A DNA stretch of 63,781 nucleotides, counting the filler, from Trichomonas gallinae (lineage: Eukaryota), in NCBI GenBank assembly GCA_008369845.1. It is 6 parts of 6 records of this genome, joined end to end, with 100 filler letters (N's around TTAATTAATTAA, not from the genome) between each part and the next. Parts side by side here need not be neighbours in the genome. Positions count along the whole stretch, not along the records: positions 1 to 25,085 come from MRSU01000901.1; positions 25,186 to 53,840 come from MRSU01000902.1; 4 more parts are not named here. One strand, given 5' to 3'. The notes beneath the pieces are model-generated. The model did no database searches, was not told the origin of the DNA, and was given only the letters and a program-made list of their open reading frames with translations. Below are positions 20,579-32,788 of this stretch, piece after piece. Position 1 is the stretch's first letter, and every line of letters begins with the position of its first letter. A program made the position numbers and the translations under genes.

Positions 20579-22627
20579 TTACTTTACAAGTGAAACGTGG
20601 TCACCATCCAGTGTGATCATGTTATCCGATACCCAGAATGGAAGTATTTTTATGAATTCAGCCTTTTCAACTCTGAGCTTCGGGATTCTCACGAATCTCA
20701 TCAATAATGTATAATAGCTATCTATTGTGAACTTCTCTCTTGGCCTTGCCTGCAGAATAGTCAGTGCAAACGGCCTTAATCTCTTTGCTAAAACAGGCGG
20801 AGATGTAAAGTCTTCCTCCTCTTCTCCATTTTCTTCTTCCTCGCCATTTGTCTTCTCGCCGTTGAAGAAGAAAGATATCATGTCGCTTCTTGCCGACTCT
20901 GCTAATTCTGCCGCTGCTGCAGGCTTCTGCTTGGCCATCCTGAATGAGCTTTCACTTCTTCCTTTGACGAGAACTCCTCCGCTAAGCCACAGAGAAATCG
21001 CGTGTTCGGCGGCTCTCTTCGAGCATTGTAGTTTCTTGGAGACAAGAGAAGCGTCAATCTCAATGTGGTCATTGAACAGCGACAAAACAGCAGCTGCAAG
21101 AGGAGGAACTGACAAAGACAGACTTTCGTCATCATCGAAATCAATGACAATTTCAACGCAGCCGATTGTATGGAACCATTTGAGTTTTCTTTGTTTTCTG
21201 ACTCTATCGAATTCTTTCTCGAAAATCTTGACTTCTTCTTGTAACTCTTCCGGCAGAACGAATTCATCACCGTTGAGCTCTGGCCAGTAGAGATGGGATG
21301 CAATGAGTGGCTGGAAGTGAGTGGCGCCACTTCCCTGCTGAAGTCTCTTTGAGTCAGCGACATCTTGCAAAATGACTTCGCAGTTGAGAAAGATTTGCGC
21401 GCCGAATCTTTTCTTCAAAATCTCAATTGCTCTGACTTCGCTATCAAAGTTGTAGCCAGGCTTAGTTTCAACTCTTGCCGCAATTTCGCGCTCAAGCTGT
21501 TGAACGAAGCTGGAGATGCTTCCGTATACATTCAGCAAAAGCGCAAGAGCATCGCTGTCCGATGCATCTCTGACCAATGACTGCAAGTCTCTGATGTGGC
21601 TGTGAAGCGGCTCTGGGTTCCATGCCTCATCTAGCTCCTTCTGGGCTTGAGACTCTCTCAAGACGTCATCATCATTCGGTTTCTGGGCTGACGGCCGTGA
21701 GCTGTCCATCAAAGTGTTGTCCTCTAAAATCTTTTCGACAATTGTTGTGAGCAGATCCGGCCTGGTTGTAAGGTAGGCTTGAATTGGTGGAGATATTGCA
21801 CGTGTCAGACCTCCACTTTCATCGACAATATTTAAAGCTTGAATGGCACTGATGTATTGTGTGACAATATCAGTTGTAGATGCACCGAGATGAAGCAATC
21901 TTGTTGTAAAAATATCGGTTGCTATTTGAGCGACTTTCTTATGTGCATTTGCATGTATGCAGCTTTCTCTAAGATCGTATAATGATGGAGTTGAATCTGG
22001 ATAAGATGCAACAATATCGAAAATTTGCTTTGCACGGAAATCGACAACTAAGTTGTAAATTGCTTGTTTCATGACTGATAGCTTCTCAGAAAGCTCTGGG
22101 AATTTGTCTGAGAATAAGATTATATTTTCATTCAATATTTTCATTGCTGCTGAAAGAGCAGACTCTTCGTATTCATCTGTAAATTCGTTAACTGTTTCTG
22201 TGCATTTTTCAAGTATCTTTTTCCTGATTATCTCTGATAATTCTTGTTTTAGACCGCAAGAAAACAAAGCATTGTATTTATTTAGGCAGCAAAGTGATTC
22301 GATACTCTGTGACTCAAATTCTGCCATTCCTCTTGGATATTTATTAAGAATAAGAGATCTATTCAATACGATAATTTCGTTGTTTAGATTTTCGTCGATA
22401 TTGTGAATTGCTTCGATTAAATTCTTTGTTTTATCCGTAATTGATTGTGCAGCAAGAGAAATAAGGCCATAATCGTTTTCATTTAAAAGATTTGATAGCG
22501 ATTTTCGAAGCTGTGTTAAAAATAACTTAATAAGCAGCTTGTAATTATCCGTGATTTTGTGTTTCTCAAGTGTCTGCTTAACTTTTTCCGGCTCTAAACT
22601 TAAAACAAAAGAAATATCATTAATCAT
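20579..22627 (-). CDS. APC2: Anaphase-promoting complex subunit 2 (cullin-like)
   Basis: RLLHLGASTTDIVTQYISAIQAL, WNPEP, EILKKRFG, CEVILQDVADSKR, SHLYWP, RKLKW. Confidence 0.9.
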   Translation of the reverse strand: MINDISFVLSLEPEKVKQTLEKHKITDNYKLLIKLFLTQLRKSLSNLLNENDYGLISLAAQSITDKTKNLIEAIHNIDENLNNEIIVLNRSLILNKYPRGMAEFESQSIESLCCLNKYNALFSCGLKQELSEIIRKKILEKCTETVNEFTDEYEESALSAAMKILNENIILFSDKFPELSEKLSVMKQAIYNLVVDFRAKQIFDIVASYPDSTPSLYDLRESCIHANAHKKVAQIATDIFTTRLLHLGASTTDIVTQYISAIQALNIVDESGGLTRAISPPIQAYLTTRPDLLTTIVEKILEDNTLMDSSRPSAQKPNDDDVLRESQAQKELDEAWNPEPLHSHIRDLQSLVRDASDSDALALLLNVYGSISSFVQQLEREIAARVETKPGYNFDSEVRAIEILKKRFGAQIFLNCEVILQDVADSKRLQQGSGATHFQPLIASHLYWPELNGDEFVLPEELQEEVKIFEKEFDRVRKQRKLKWFHTIGCVEIVIDFDDDESLSLSVPPLAAAVLSLFNDHIEIDASLVSKKLQCSKRAAEHAISLWLSGGVLVKGRSESSFRMAKQKPAAAAELAESARSDMISFFFNGEKTNGEEEENGEEEEDFTSPPVLAKRLRPFALTILQARPREKFTIDSYYTLLMRFVRIPKLRVEKAEFIKILPFWVSDNMITLDGDHVSLVK

Positions 22628-23181
22628 TTTTAGTGCACGTTTAAAAATTCTTAATATTTTCTTCCTTTTGTTTCTAAGCTAAAATACAAATAGATATGTC
22701 AATGTTTACTAAAATATAATCAAAATCAACAGAAAAATACATTATATCTGTTTAATTTGAAAAAATCCATAATAGCATTATATCATTTTGTAATTTTTAT
22801 CTATAAAAATAAATTTAAAATTCTTTAACATATATGACTATCAGAGTCTCCAAGCTCAAGCATTTAAATATCAAATTTCAATAAAATTTCAAGCTCTGTT
22901 TATCAAAAGATTTAGCAGCTAAATGATTTCTAATGACTTATTTAGAATGTATCATAAAGATATTTTAATTATAAAAATTTATAGTCTACACGGCAAAATG
23001 AATTAAATTGAATATTTTACATGACAGATTCCAAAATTAAATGTTTTACATGGCACATTTTGATCAATTTTGATTACGGAAAAATTAAACGAGAATAAAT
23101 CCATAAACTTAGAAATGAAGCCGAAAATGAGCAAAACATAAAGATTAATCATCGAGAAAAATTTATAATCAAAATTTTTTG

Positions 23182-25085
23182 ATGTCTCAGGACGAAATTG
23201 ATGAATTAACCGAACAATTAGAGATCATGGAGCAAGAGAAGCTCGAAGCGGAAAAGAAGCTTGTCGACATGACTCGAGAACGCGACGATTTCAAGCAGAT
23301 GATCGAAAATTTAACAAATGAAAACAAAGAATTAAAACAAAAACTCGAACAAGACAATAATGACGAGGAGATAGAAGAACTCACGACAGAAATTGACAAC
23401 ATCTCGAATGAATTAAAAGATGAAAAAACGAAAAATGAAGAACTACAAAACGAGATAGCCAAAATAAAGGAAGAATACGAAGCCCGCATCAAAGAACTTA
23501 GTGAACAACCGAAAGAAAGTGGACATTCAGATGATGCTGATGTTATTTCCGAGTTAGAAGATGAAATCAATCGATATAAGGCTGACTTAGAAAAATCACA
23601 GTCACAGTATAAAGATTTAGAGGAAAAATTTAATGATTTATCGAATAAAAAATCTGAAGAAGAAAGCAAAGCCGATCAAATAGATGAACTCAACGAAGTT
23701 ATCAGCACAATGCAAGCATCAATTGATGAATTGCAAAAATCGAAAGCAAATATTGAATCAGATTTGAATTCACAAATTGAAAAGCTTAAATCACTGCTCG
23801 CTGAAAAGAATGATGAAATTACAAAGAATAAATCAGATATTGAAGAACTTTCTGCAAATATTGCATCTCTCGAATCTGAAAATGAAACAAATAATCAAAC
23901 AATTGAACAAATTAAGTCAGAAAAGGAAGAGCTTACATCGAAATACGCAGAATTAGAAGAAAAATACAAAGCTTCGATATCAGATAATTCAGCAGTTGAA
24001 CAAATTCAATCGGAATACGAAGAAAAACTCAAATCATCCAATTTATCTATTTCTGAATTACAAGCAACAATAGAAGATCTTCGTAATCAAGTTCTTGAAA
24101 AAGAATCAACAATTTCAGAGCTTCAAACAAACATAACAGATAAATCTGTTCAAGATGAATCTATTAATAAACTTGAACAAAAGATTTCCGAGCTTGAAAT
24201 AGAAATTCAAAATTCATTAGAAGAAAAAGAAGCTTTAGAGGGAACCATCAGTCAATTGCAGCAAGAAAACGAAGAACACAATCAAAACAACGAAAAATTC
24301 TGCAAACTTATTGATAATCTTTCGGAAAATATTTCTTCCCTTGAATTCTCTGCAATTTCACTTAAACAAGCAAACGAAGAATTATCTAAAATCAACAAAT
24401 CTCAAGCAGCTGAAATCCAGTCCATAAAACGTGATTTGCAGCAACAAAAACTTCGTCAAAATGAATTTTCTGAGCTTAAAGAGACGATTCGGCAGAAAGA
24501 AGACGAAATATCTAAGCTGCATGCGACAATAGAAGTCAGCATCGGCATCAATGAAGAAAGAACCGCGAAATTGAGCGAATTCGAAAACACAATCAGCAAA
24601 TTAAACTCAGACAACGCTAAATATCAGGCACAGATCGAACAGTTTACAGCTGAAATCTCTAAGCTTAACGAGACAATCGAAGTCAGCATCGGCATCAACG
24701 AGCAGAGATCGAAAGAGTTAAATCACTACGAAGAAGAAGTCAGCAACAAGAACAAGGAAATTGTCAGCTACCAGAACCAGATAGAACTGCTCAACAGCGA
24801 AATAAACAAGCTTCAGCAGACAATAGAAGTCAGTATCACAGTCAACGAACAGCGCACGAAGACTCTCAGCGAGCTTGAGGAGAAAATTTCATCTCAGAAG
24901 AATGAGGAATCTCCACGAATTGCAAGATATCAAAATCAAATAGAAAACTTCTCTAGTGAAATTTCTAAACTGAATGAAACAATTGAAGCCAGCATTGGCA
25001 TCAATGAACAAAGATCTAAAGACATCGACAACTACGAAGAGAAAGTCTCTGAATTAACAAGCGAAAACGCAAATTATGAGAAACA
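23182..25085 (+). CDS. Acidic coiled-coil protein with ~49-aa repeats; 3' truncated by gap
   Basis: Open frame from ATG 23182 into the N gap; four copies of IS/NKLxxTIExSIxxNExR. Confidence 0.8.
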
Positions 25086-25185
25086 NNNNNNNNNNNNNNN
25101 NNNNNNNNNNNNNNNNNNNNNNNNNNNNNTTAATTAATTAANNNNNNNNNNNNNNNNNNNNNNNNNNNNNNNNNNNNNNNNNNNN
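25086..25185. other. Artificial contig linker (N44-TTAATTAATTAA-N44)
   Basis: Identical 100-bp spacer with stops in all six frames also occurs at 53841-53940, 59450-59549, 60892-60991 and 62530-62629. Confidence 0.97.
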
Positions 25186-25497
25186 CAATGTAATTCTTTC
25201 AAAATTTGAAAGAAAAATATGACAATCTGACATTGTAAAATTTCCCTATTTGACAGCTAAAACATGAATATAATTTTTTCTAAATATTTAGTTTGACGAA
25301 ATGCAAAATCATTAATTATAGAACAATTTATTTCAATTTCTTTTGCTGAATTTGAAAGGGTATATTGAAGGACTGTATCTTTTGTGATATCAATATGCAT
25401 GTTGTTGCCGGCTTGATAATTTGATGACTTGAAGTCCGTAAATGTGACAGCTTCATAGCACCATATAAATGGATTATTACCAATATAGTTAAATTCG

Positions 25498-25607
25498 AAT
25501 TTGGAATAAAGTTCATTATTCCAAATTATAGCATTATTCCCAATTCACTTTATTCGAATAAAGTCATGGTGATTTTAATAAAAACGGTGATGACTATAAA
25601 CTCCAAT
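25498..25607. repeat. Palindromic dispersed repeat (MITE-like), copy 1
   Basis: 25526-25607 is the near-identical reverse complement of 53759-53840; contains the perfect 18-bp palindrome ACTTTATTCGAATAAAGT (25547-25564). Confidence 0.85.
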
Positions 25608-25718
25608 AAATTAAAAAAAAAAAAAAATACATGACCAAAATATATAACAATTATAACATACATTAGTTTACATATGTAAAATCAAATTATATAAATAATA
25701 CAAAAAAATAATAATGAG

Positions 25719-28700
25719 TTAGTTAGTCTTCTCTGGTTCATCATCGATCTTGATTATGGGAACCCTGTTGGCAGGAACGTGATTGATTTTCGCGGTCTGA
25801 GCTTGTATCTCCTCGGCAACTCTTGCATGAGAAATTACTGTTGGTTGCAAACCGGAGACAACAACGACTGGCTTAGCTTGTGCTGGCAAAACTTGGACTT
25901 GAACAACCTGTGACTTTAACTGCTGCAATACTTGCAGCAGTTGGATCTGCTGCGTCTTTATCTGATCGAGCTGTGACTGTATTTGATTGGCTGTAATTTT
26001 AGTCTGCGGAAGGATTAACGTTGTCGGGTTGTTCATCTGTTTGAGCTGCTGTTGCAAAGTGTTCAGCGTCTGTGTGTGCGAATTAATAAGTGGCTGGTGC
26101 TGCACAACTGCTTGTATCTTTTGAGGGTACTGGCTGATGAACTGATTGTAGGCAGTCTGTATCTGTTTGTCTTGCTCAATGAGCATTATACACATGCTGC
26201 TCAAATGATTCACTAAAACTGACATCTGCTGCTGTTGCTGTAGAATCTGTTGCTGTTGTTGTTGCTGCTGCATTGCTTGTATCTTCTGCACCACTTGTTG
26301 CTGCTGCAATTGTTGTATCTGCTGTTGAACTTGCTGCTGCTGGATATAATTTGCTGGAGCGGCAACAGCGATGATTGCTGGTTTAGACTGCTGCTGAACT
26401 TGTGCAACTTGCGCGGGGTAGATGTATTGTTTCGGCTGCTGGTTGGAAGGTGGCAAAACCTGTATTGTCGTGGCCGATTGAGCTTGAACTGGCTGGAAAA
26501 CATGTTTCTTTATTGTTGCCTCAGTCTTCTGCTGAATTTGCTGCTGTGGAACGATTTGTATCTGCTGAGGCTGTTGTGTGATGATCTGGATTTGCTGCTG
26601 GTGCGTTTGAACAACTTGCGGTTGTTGTGTGATGACTTGAATTTGCTGCGGCTGCTGTGTAATGATTTGCGGGTTGATCTTTGAGGGGTTGAACTGCTTT
26701 TGTTGTTGCTTCTGCATTTGCTGGATAGCTTTCGTTGAGAAAACGTTTCCTCTGTTTGCGAGAATGTGGTGAATCATATTGCTTGACCTGTTGTAGTGAG
26801 TCAAGATTCCTTTGACAATATCATTGGGGAATGCTTTCGAATTGATGACGAATGACAAAGCGTCGTCAATGATTTCGTGAGGGATGTGCATCTCAATGAA
26901 TAGTTGCGACAAAACGTTTGGATGTATCTTCGCATTCATTATCAACTCTAGCAAATTCTTAGGCAAAACCTTTCCTTCTCTTACCAACTGAAGGACATAT
27001 TCTGGTGGCAACAACTCGCTTTTGATTGCGTTGAAAACAGAAGTTGAGTTAATCTTGACTTCTCTAGCCATCTGAAGGAAAACATCTGGTGTAATTTCGT
27101 GCATCTTTAGTCTGTCTTCTGGTGCTTGAACAGATGAAATGACAGGAGAAGCAACACTAGGGGTCTCTTGTTTGATAATTGGCTGCTGAATTGTTATTAT
27201 GTTTTCCTGCTTCATCGGTTTGACAGGTGACTGTAATGTTGGCGTTGTATCTGAATCAGATGATTCGTCCTGTTTCTTCTTTGGCTTACGGCCTCTTTTT
27301 GTTGGCGCTTTAGTGGCTGGTTTTTCTTCGTCAGTATAACTTGTCGTTTTTGATGAGAAAACTTGAGAAATCGATACTAGTCTTTTATCGACGATGGTTT
27401 TGTTTGCCACGTCTTGCAGGCCTTTGTAGTTTATCAATGACACCAAGCAGTCTGTCTCCTGGCCGTGGAACTCTGAAATGTCTATGTCTGGGATGAGTTT
27501 CGCATTTTCTATGCCGAATTGGCAGGCGAACTTGAATAATGTTATGTCGTGGTCATATGTCCAGTTCTCTGGTAATTGGCCGACAAAAACCGATAAACGC
27601 TCCTGCTGTGACAAACTCAAATAATTTCTTATTGAGTTCATCGCGATAACTTTTGGCTTGTATTCTGCTAAATTAGCACCGACAATTTCAACAACATCCT
27701 CTGAGTTCGTCATGACGCTTGGCAGAACTAATGATAAATCATGGACATGGAATTTCATGACTTCATCTTTGAGATCATTACAGAATCTAACAGCTTCTTC
27801 ATCAGTCTTCCTGAATAAAGAGCACAAAGCAACTATTTCGCTGCCGTCTACATTTCCATCTGTTGTGCATGGGACGCCGTAATTCGCCAGCATATTAACA
27901 ACTTGCATAACTTCACTTTCGCACCATTCAGGAGTTTTTGGATGATTCCTGAATGTGTCGACGATGATTTTAAGGACGTCATTGTCTGAATTTATTTGCT
28001 CTGTTGGAGGAAGATGTGTAGCATATGAATTCACGCTCTGTAACATTGTAAGTCTTAAATCCGAAAAACGAGGCGAAGTAAGATTTTTGCCATCTATAAT
28101 TTCTGCCAATTCATCAACTGTCGGGTATTTACCTTTTTCCGCGCAATATCTCTTAGGAAATTCTTTAGTACTAATTCCAGCATAAGCTGCTGTAGCAAGT
28201 CTGTTGTTCGCAATTTCGCATGTTTTAGCATGGCTTCGAGAAATTTTCGATTCTGCCAAAATGTCAGATATTGTCTTAGCAGCATTGTTATCTTCGTAAT
28301 TTTCCATCCATAAATCATTCCACTTCGATCTAGATATTGGTATTTCACTTAAGTTGAACATGCTCGCTATAACAGCTGTGAGATAGAATACTTCAAGCGT
28401 GTCGCAGTCAGAAAGCATCAACAAAAAACTGATTTTAAGAAATTCTTTCGTTTTTTCGACATCTATACCTACTTCGCTTGCTATTTTGTCGAAAGAAAGG
28501 ATTCCATACAAACAGGCTGAGTCCACCAATGTTCTGATCTGCTTAGTAGTTATCTGTCCGTCGCCTTGGTCGATGTTATATTTCGGAAAAGAAGTCTTCC
28601 AGAATTCATCCATAGGCGACAAACAGTCCAATGGTAATTCATTGAATTCTTTGTATAACGAGTCGTTCATGTCTGGATAGATTACGTGCATTGTTGTCTT

Positions 28701-30815
28701 TTCGATTAGCTTTGCGCGGCTCCATGATGATGTAGATGCGACCGCAAAACGCAAAAATTTCTCCGCATCTTTTTTCTCTAAGTCTTGTGCAATGAGTTCG
28801 TCTGTATTTATTATGTGTCCGTACATAACTGATTCAGCTGAGTTGGATGTTAGAAGCCTTTTAACTGTAATTTGTGTTTTTCGTGCGAAATATTCTTGAA
28901 TATGTAAATCTGTTTGGAAATCTTCATCTAGATCGAGGAATATGAGTGTTGTGATATTTAGTTTATCTATATATGGTGCATTAATGTTTCTTGTCATTAA
29001 TAATGCGCCAGAAACAAATTCTTGGTCAAAAGCCTCTTCTGGGATTGGAGAAGCTAAGAGTGTTGCTGGGAGACCTTTGAGATGCAAATATTGCTTGAGA
29101 AGACGAAGAACTGCGAAGCCATTTCCAAATATTCCGCAAACTTCTCTTTTTTCAATGCATTCTATGACTGTGTTCAAGACTTCTTGGAACTTATTCGAAA
29201 ATTCGCCAATAATTTCGATTTCTTCGTCTTCGCGCAGATCTCTTCCGAGATATCTTGTTTTCTTTTCGACAATGTATTCTTTAAGAGGTGGGACTAAGAA
29301 TGGATGCGAATAAGCAATCTGTAGCATGAAAGATTGAGCCTGGTAGCCATCATAAAGTTCAACATTAATATCTTTCAATGTTTCCTGGAAATAAAAGGCC
29401 AAAAACTCCGAAATTATGTCTGGTAACAGAACAAGTTCTTCTTGGCACTTGAATGGTTCGCCTTTTATTGTTGTAATTGAAGGAGCTTGATGCATCACGC
29501 TGAAATCCTCGTGTTCTGAGTTAAACAGGTAAATTTTGTGACCAGGAAGTCTTGTAACCCATGATGGAATCTTGTATTTCTCGGTTGTTTGATCTGCAAT
29601 AACAAATCCCCATTTTACCCTATTTAGAATATTTATAGCTCTCGTAAGTAAATCATTTGTTACTACTATGACGTCGAATCTTGCGCCGTTTTCTCCTTCG
29701 AATTCTTCCTGCGAAATTAAAGATCTTGCAGATTTTGATTCTGGATATTCACACCAGTTTAAATTTGTGGCAAAACGTAAAGTGTCGACCCATGAATATG
29801 AATCTTCACAAATAATCATTGTCGGATGATGTTCATTAATTTGGAATCGAATTGTATTTAAAAATGCTGCAATTGGAACTGTTTTTCCAATACCTCGCGG
29901 CAGCCTGACAACAGCTGCTTTATTTGCTGCGAGTGCTTTCGTAATATAATCGAAAATTTCTTGTTGTGCTTCAGACATCTTAATATCGTGAAGAAGATCG
30001 ATTGGTTTGAGTTCCTCTGGTATTTTCTTGTATGTAGTTTCCTCTTCCATCTCGTTTACGCCTCTCCAATAATTTTTTAAAATTCTCGGAAAGTCATAAG
30101 CGTTTGCAGCGCAAAACAACTGCGGGGCTTCGCCTTTTATTGTCGACTCCGTCTCCCACGTCGCTGAATCTTCGTCAATTCCGTTCCATTTTACGTAGTA
30201 AATATTTGTTTTTTCTGTTTCTTCGTTATCTGAGCTTCCACTTTCATCAGATTCGCTCTCGTCATCTGGCTCAATGAGGTATGTTGTAGGATTGGTCGCT
30301 TTTCTGTGAGTTATGATTCGATCGATGAATAATGCTGGAACGGTTAAAGGCGTTTGTAGGACTTCGAGCAAATTCGGGGACAGGTTAGAAACGAAGAATC
30401 CGGATTTTGTTGTCTTATTAAACTCTTCTAAAATTTTTTGATCATTTTTTTCGCGAGCAAAATCGTCTTCCTTCGCATAAACAGACCTTATTAGCGAATT
30501 ACCTTCCAGACCAGTCAAAAATTGCTTGTTTACTTGGTCGGTTGTGACAGCAAAAATATCTTGAATGACGTAATCTTTGATAGAAAATTCTCCAGAGGTG
30601 TTTTTATGGTCACTGCCAGTTTCCGAATTTTCTGCGCTACTGGATTCAGACGAAGACGAGGATTCAGAAGAATTTGTTTCTGATTCAGACTTGCGCAAGG
30701 CTTCATTCTTATTCTTGCCCTTCTTGTTGACTTTCGGCTTATTTGTAACGCTTATTACCTGGACATCTGAGTCGCTGGAACCACTTGCGTCGCTCGACGA
30801 ATCAGATTTCCCCAT
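25719..30815 (-). CDS. CHD-like chromodomain plus degenerate SNF2-type helicase protein with Gln-rich C-terminus
   Basis: IDRIITHR...YYVKWNGIDEDSATWE chromodomain; PRGIGKT Walker A; FDVIVVT; SHPFL; NWTYDHDITLF SANT/SLIDE-like segment; first ATG at 30815. Confidence 0.75.
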   Translation of the reverse strand: MGKSDSSSDASGSSDSDVQVISVTNKPKVNKKGKNKNEALRKSESETNSSESSSSSESSSAENSETGSDHKNTSGEFSIKDYVIQDIFAVTTDQVNKQFLTGLEGNSLIRSVYAKEDDFAREKNDQKILEEFNKTTKSGFFVSNLSPNLLEVLQTPLTVPALFIDRIITHRKATNPTTYLIEPDDESESDESGSSDNEETEKTNIYYVKWNGIDEDSATWETESTIKGEAPQLFCAANAYDFPRILKNYWRGVNEMEEETTYKKIPEELKPIDLLHDIKMSEAQQEIFDYITKALAANKAAVVRLPRGIGKTVPIAAFLNTIRFQINEHHPTMIICEDSYSWVDTLRFATNLNWCEYPESKSARSLISQEEFEGENGARFDVIVVTNDLLTRAINILNRVKWGFVIADQTTEKYKIPSWVTRLPGHKIYLFNSEHEDFSVMHQAPSITTIKGEPFKCQEELVLLPDIISEFLAFYFQETLKDINVELYDGYQAQSFMLQIAYSHPFLVPPLKEYIVEKKTRYLGRDLREDEEIEIIGEFSNKFQEVLNTVIECIEKREVCGIFGNGFAVLRLLKQYLHLKGLPATLLASPIPEEAFDQEFVSGALLMTRNINAPYIDKLNITTLIFLDLDEDFQTDLHIQEYFARKTQITVKRLLTSNSAESVMYGHIINTDELIAQDLEKKDAEKFLRFAVASTSSWSRAKLIEKTTMHVIYPDMNDSLYKEFNELPLDCLSPMDEFWKTSFPKYNIDQGDGQITTKQIRTLVDSACLYGILSFDKIASEVGIDVEKTKEFLKISFLLMLSDCDTLEVFYLTAVIASMFNLSEIPISRSKWNDLWMENYEDNNAAKTISDILAESKISRSHAKTCEIANNRLATAAYAGISTKEFPKRYCAEKGKYPTVDELAEIIDGKNLTSPRFSDLRLTMLQSVNSYATHLPPTEQINSDNDVLKIIVDTFRNHPKTPEWCESEVMQVVNMLANYGVPCTTDGNVDGSEIVALCSLFRKTDEEAVRFCNDLKDEVMKFHVHDLSLVLPSVMTNSEDVVEIVGANLAEYKPKVIAMNSIRNYLSLSQQERLSVFVGQLPENWTYDHDITLFKFACQFGIENAKLIPDIDISEFHGQETDCLVSLINYKGLQDVANKTIVDKRLVSISQVFSSKTTSYTDEEKPATKAPTKRGRKPKKKQDESSDSDTTPTLQSPVKPMKQENIITIQQPIIKQETPSVASPVISSVQAPEDRLKMHEITPDVFLQMAREVKINSTSVFNAIKSELLPPEYVLQLVREGKVLPKNLLELIMNAKIHPNVLSQLFIEMHIPHEIIDDALSFVINSKAFPNDIVKGILTHYNRSSNMIHHILANRGNVFSTKAIQQMQKQQQKQFNPSKINPQIITQQPQQIQVITQQPQVVQTHQQQIQIITQQPQQIQIVPQQQIQQKTEATIKKHVFQPVQAQSATTIQVLPPSNQQPKQYIYPAQVAQVQQQSKPAIIAVAAPANYIQQQQVQQQIQQLQQQQVVQKIQAMQQQQQQQQILQQQQQMSVLVNHLSSMCIMLIEQDKQIQTAYNQFISQYPQKIQAVVQHQPLINSHTQTLNTLQQQLKQMNNPTTLILPQTKITANQIQSQLDQIKTQQIQLLQVLQQLKSQVVQVQVLPAQAKPVVVVSGLQPTVISHARVAEEIQAQTAKINHVPANRVPIIKIDDEPEKTN

Positions 30816-32788
30816 TAATGCAAAATTCCACTTTCTCGCCAAAAATAGCTTTTTGGGATGACATACATTAATATACCAACAGAAAAAAGAATTGGCGGGG
30901 AAATTTCAAAAGATTTTTTCTATAGTTTACATTTTATGACAAGTAAAACAGGATATGTCAAAATTTTTAAATCCGACAAATAAAGTATTTACATGTCATA
31001 GTTGACATTTTACAAATCACCTTATTGCTGCCCATCTAATCTGCACCTACAGAATAAAGACAATTATGAGATTTCATCATATAGATGAACAGTTATAAAA
31101 TTAATGATAAGTTTGTTGAGTTTGACATGTTTAGAAATTTGATTTTTTAAGCTCACACGAGATAAGTGCTTCTTAATGACGACATATTGATTATAAGTAC
31201 ACATGTAGTTATAATGTTTATTAATGTGGGTTATAATTGATGAATTTGCTAAATTGACTGTAAAAGCATTATGGAGATATTCACATAAGTAGTGTCATCT
31301 ATTTCCATTAGAAGAGCTTTCCAAAATTACTGTATAGGAAACAGTTATCGTATTTATTACGAATTCATTGTATTAATGATATAGGAACGATTGGCAAACT
31401 GTAGCTTAGAATAAATATAGCATTAAATGTCATAATTTTAATTTTCAATTAGTGAAAATTAAAATGTTGACTTGGAACAAAAAATATTTACCTAGCGACT
31501 GAATAGTTTGATTATAATACAATCAAAATGTTGATAAGCAGTTTTGACAAGTTGTTCAGCATATCAATCCATAAAAATCGAGCAATAATGAATAAAATAC
31601 AATATGTTTAAATATAAGAATGAAAAGAAATAAAATAGATAATGTAACACTTGCAAAAAACGAAAAATAAAAGATGATAATAAAAAATACAGAAAAACCA
31701 AAATTATGAGTAATATTACGAAACCATCTTAAATAAAACAGAAAATAATGAAATTGTTTTTAAAAAATAAAATTAAAAATCAGAAATAACAAAATTGATA
31801 TTAAACATTTGAAATATAATCTCTCTTATTGGTAAAATATCAATCATATCATTGAAATGAATAGATATTTTTATTCAGTGGTAAAATAACTTGAAATTTT
31901 AAGTAATATATGATGAATATGGATGTATACACATCTTATCGATCGAAATTGATCTTAATTTTATCGTATATGGAAAAAAAATAATTATTTTTGGAAAAAT
32001 CGAGAATTACGAATAGCTGCATATGCAAATACAAGGATGAGATCATGTTACCATTGTTCCCCAACATGAAATTTGTTTGTTCGCACTCTGCATGTTTTTA
32101 AAAAAGGCAAAGAATATCGAATACAAAAAATAAATAACGTGGCATATTCAATTTTCAATTGGGAAAATCAGGTTCGATTAAATGATATATTCAGTTTTAA
32201 GAATGGAAACAGTGTATGATTTCCCTCATGGTATGACGAAGTTTTGAAAGGTTTAGTTTTAATTGACCCTTTCAAAAGTGGTTTCGTTCGCTAACAGTGG
32301 TTATGCCATAATACATAATAATATTTCTCAATACGAAGTTTACTGTATTTCAATTTACGAAAATTTTTCAATAATTGGTATTTAAATATAATCAAAACAA
32401 AACAACCAAAATTGTTGCATTGTAAACTTCTTATTTATTTTGTAAATCTCACAAAAAATTGCCCATTATCAAAGAAATTATTCATTATTTGAATGTTTGA
32501 TTATTATTCGATAGATTTTATATTAAATACAACCGTCCACCGTGCTTTTTACATGAGAATAGCCTTTCATATTAATCTTTACTGCTTGATATTTTTATGG
32601 TTTTATTTTTTCTGATGATTTTAATCGGACACAACAAGATCCAAAAAAACTTGAAAAATCTGATTTACTTTCGAAGATATAGTGTATGATAAAAAATAAG
32701 GTATATTTTTGAGTGTAAGTAGAAACGGTTTCTATTGAGCAAGATAACTCTCAAAATTGCGTTGTTTACAATATTATTTTTAATAAAA

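Noticed and set aside
20520..20588. Possible intron at the APC2 3' end (ACTAAC...CAG on the minus strand) or C-box GTGATGA
   Set aside because: Branch-to-AG spacing and 5' site do not fit the trichomonad consensus; APC2 ends normally; no D box.
25130..25141. TTAATTAATTAA palindrome recurring five times
   Set aside because: Always centred in N runs of fixed length; an artificial six-frame-stop scaffold linker.
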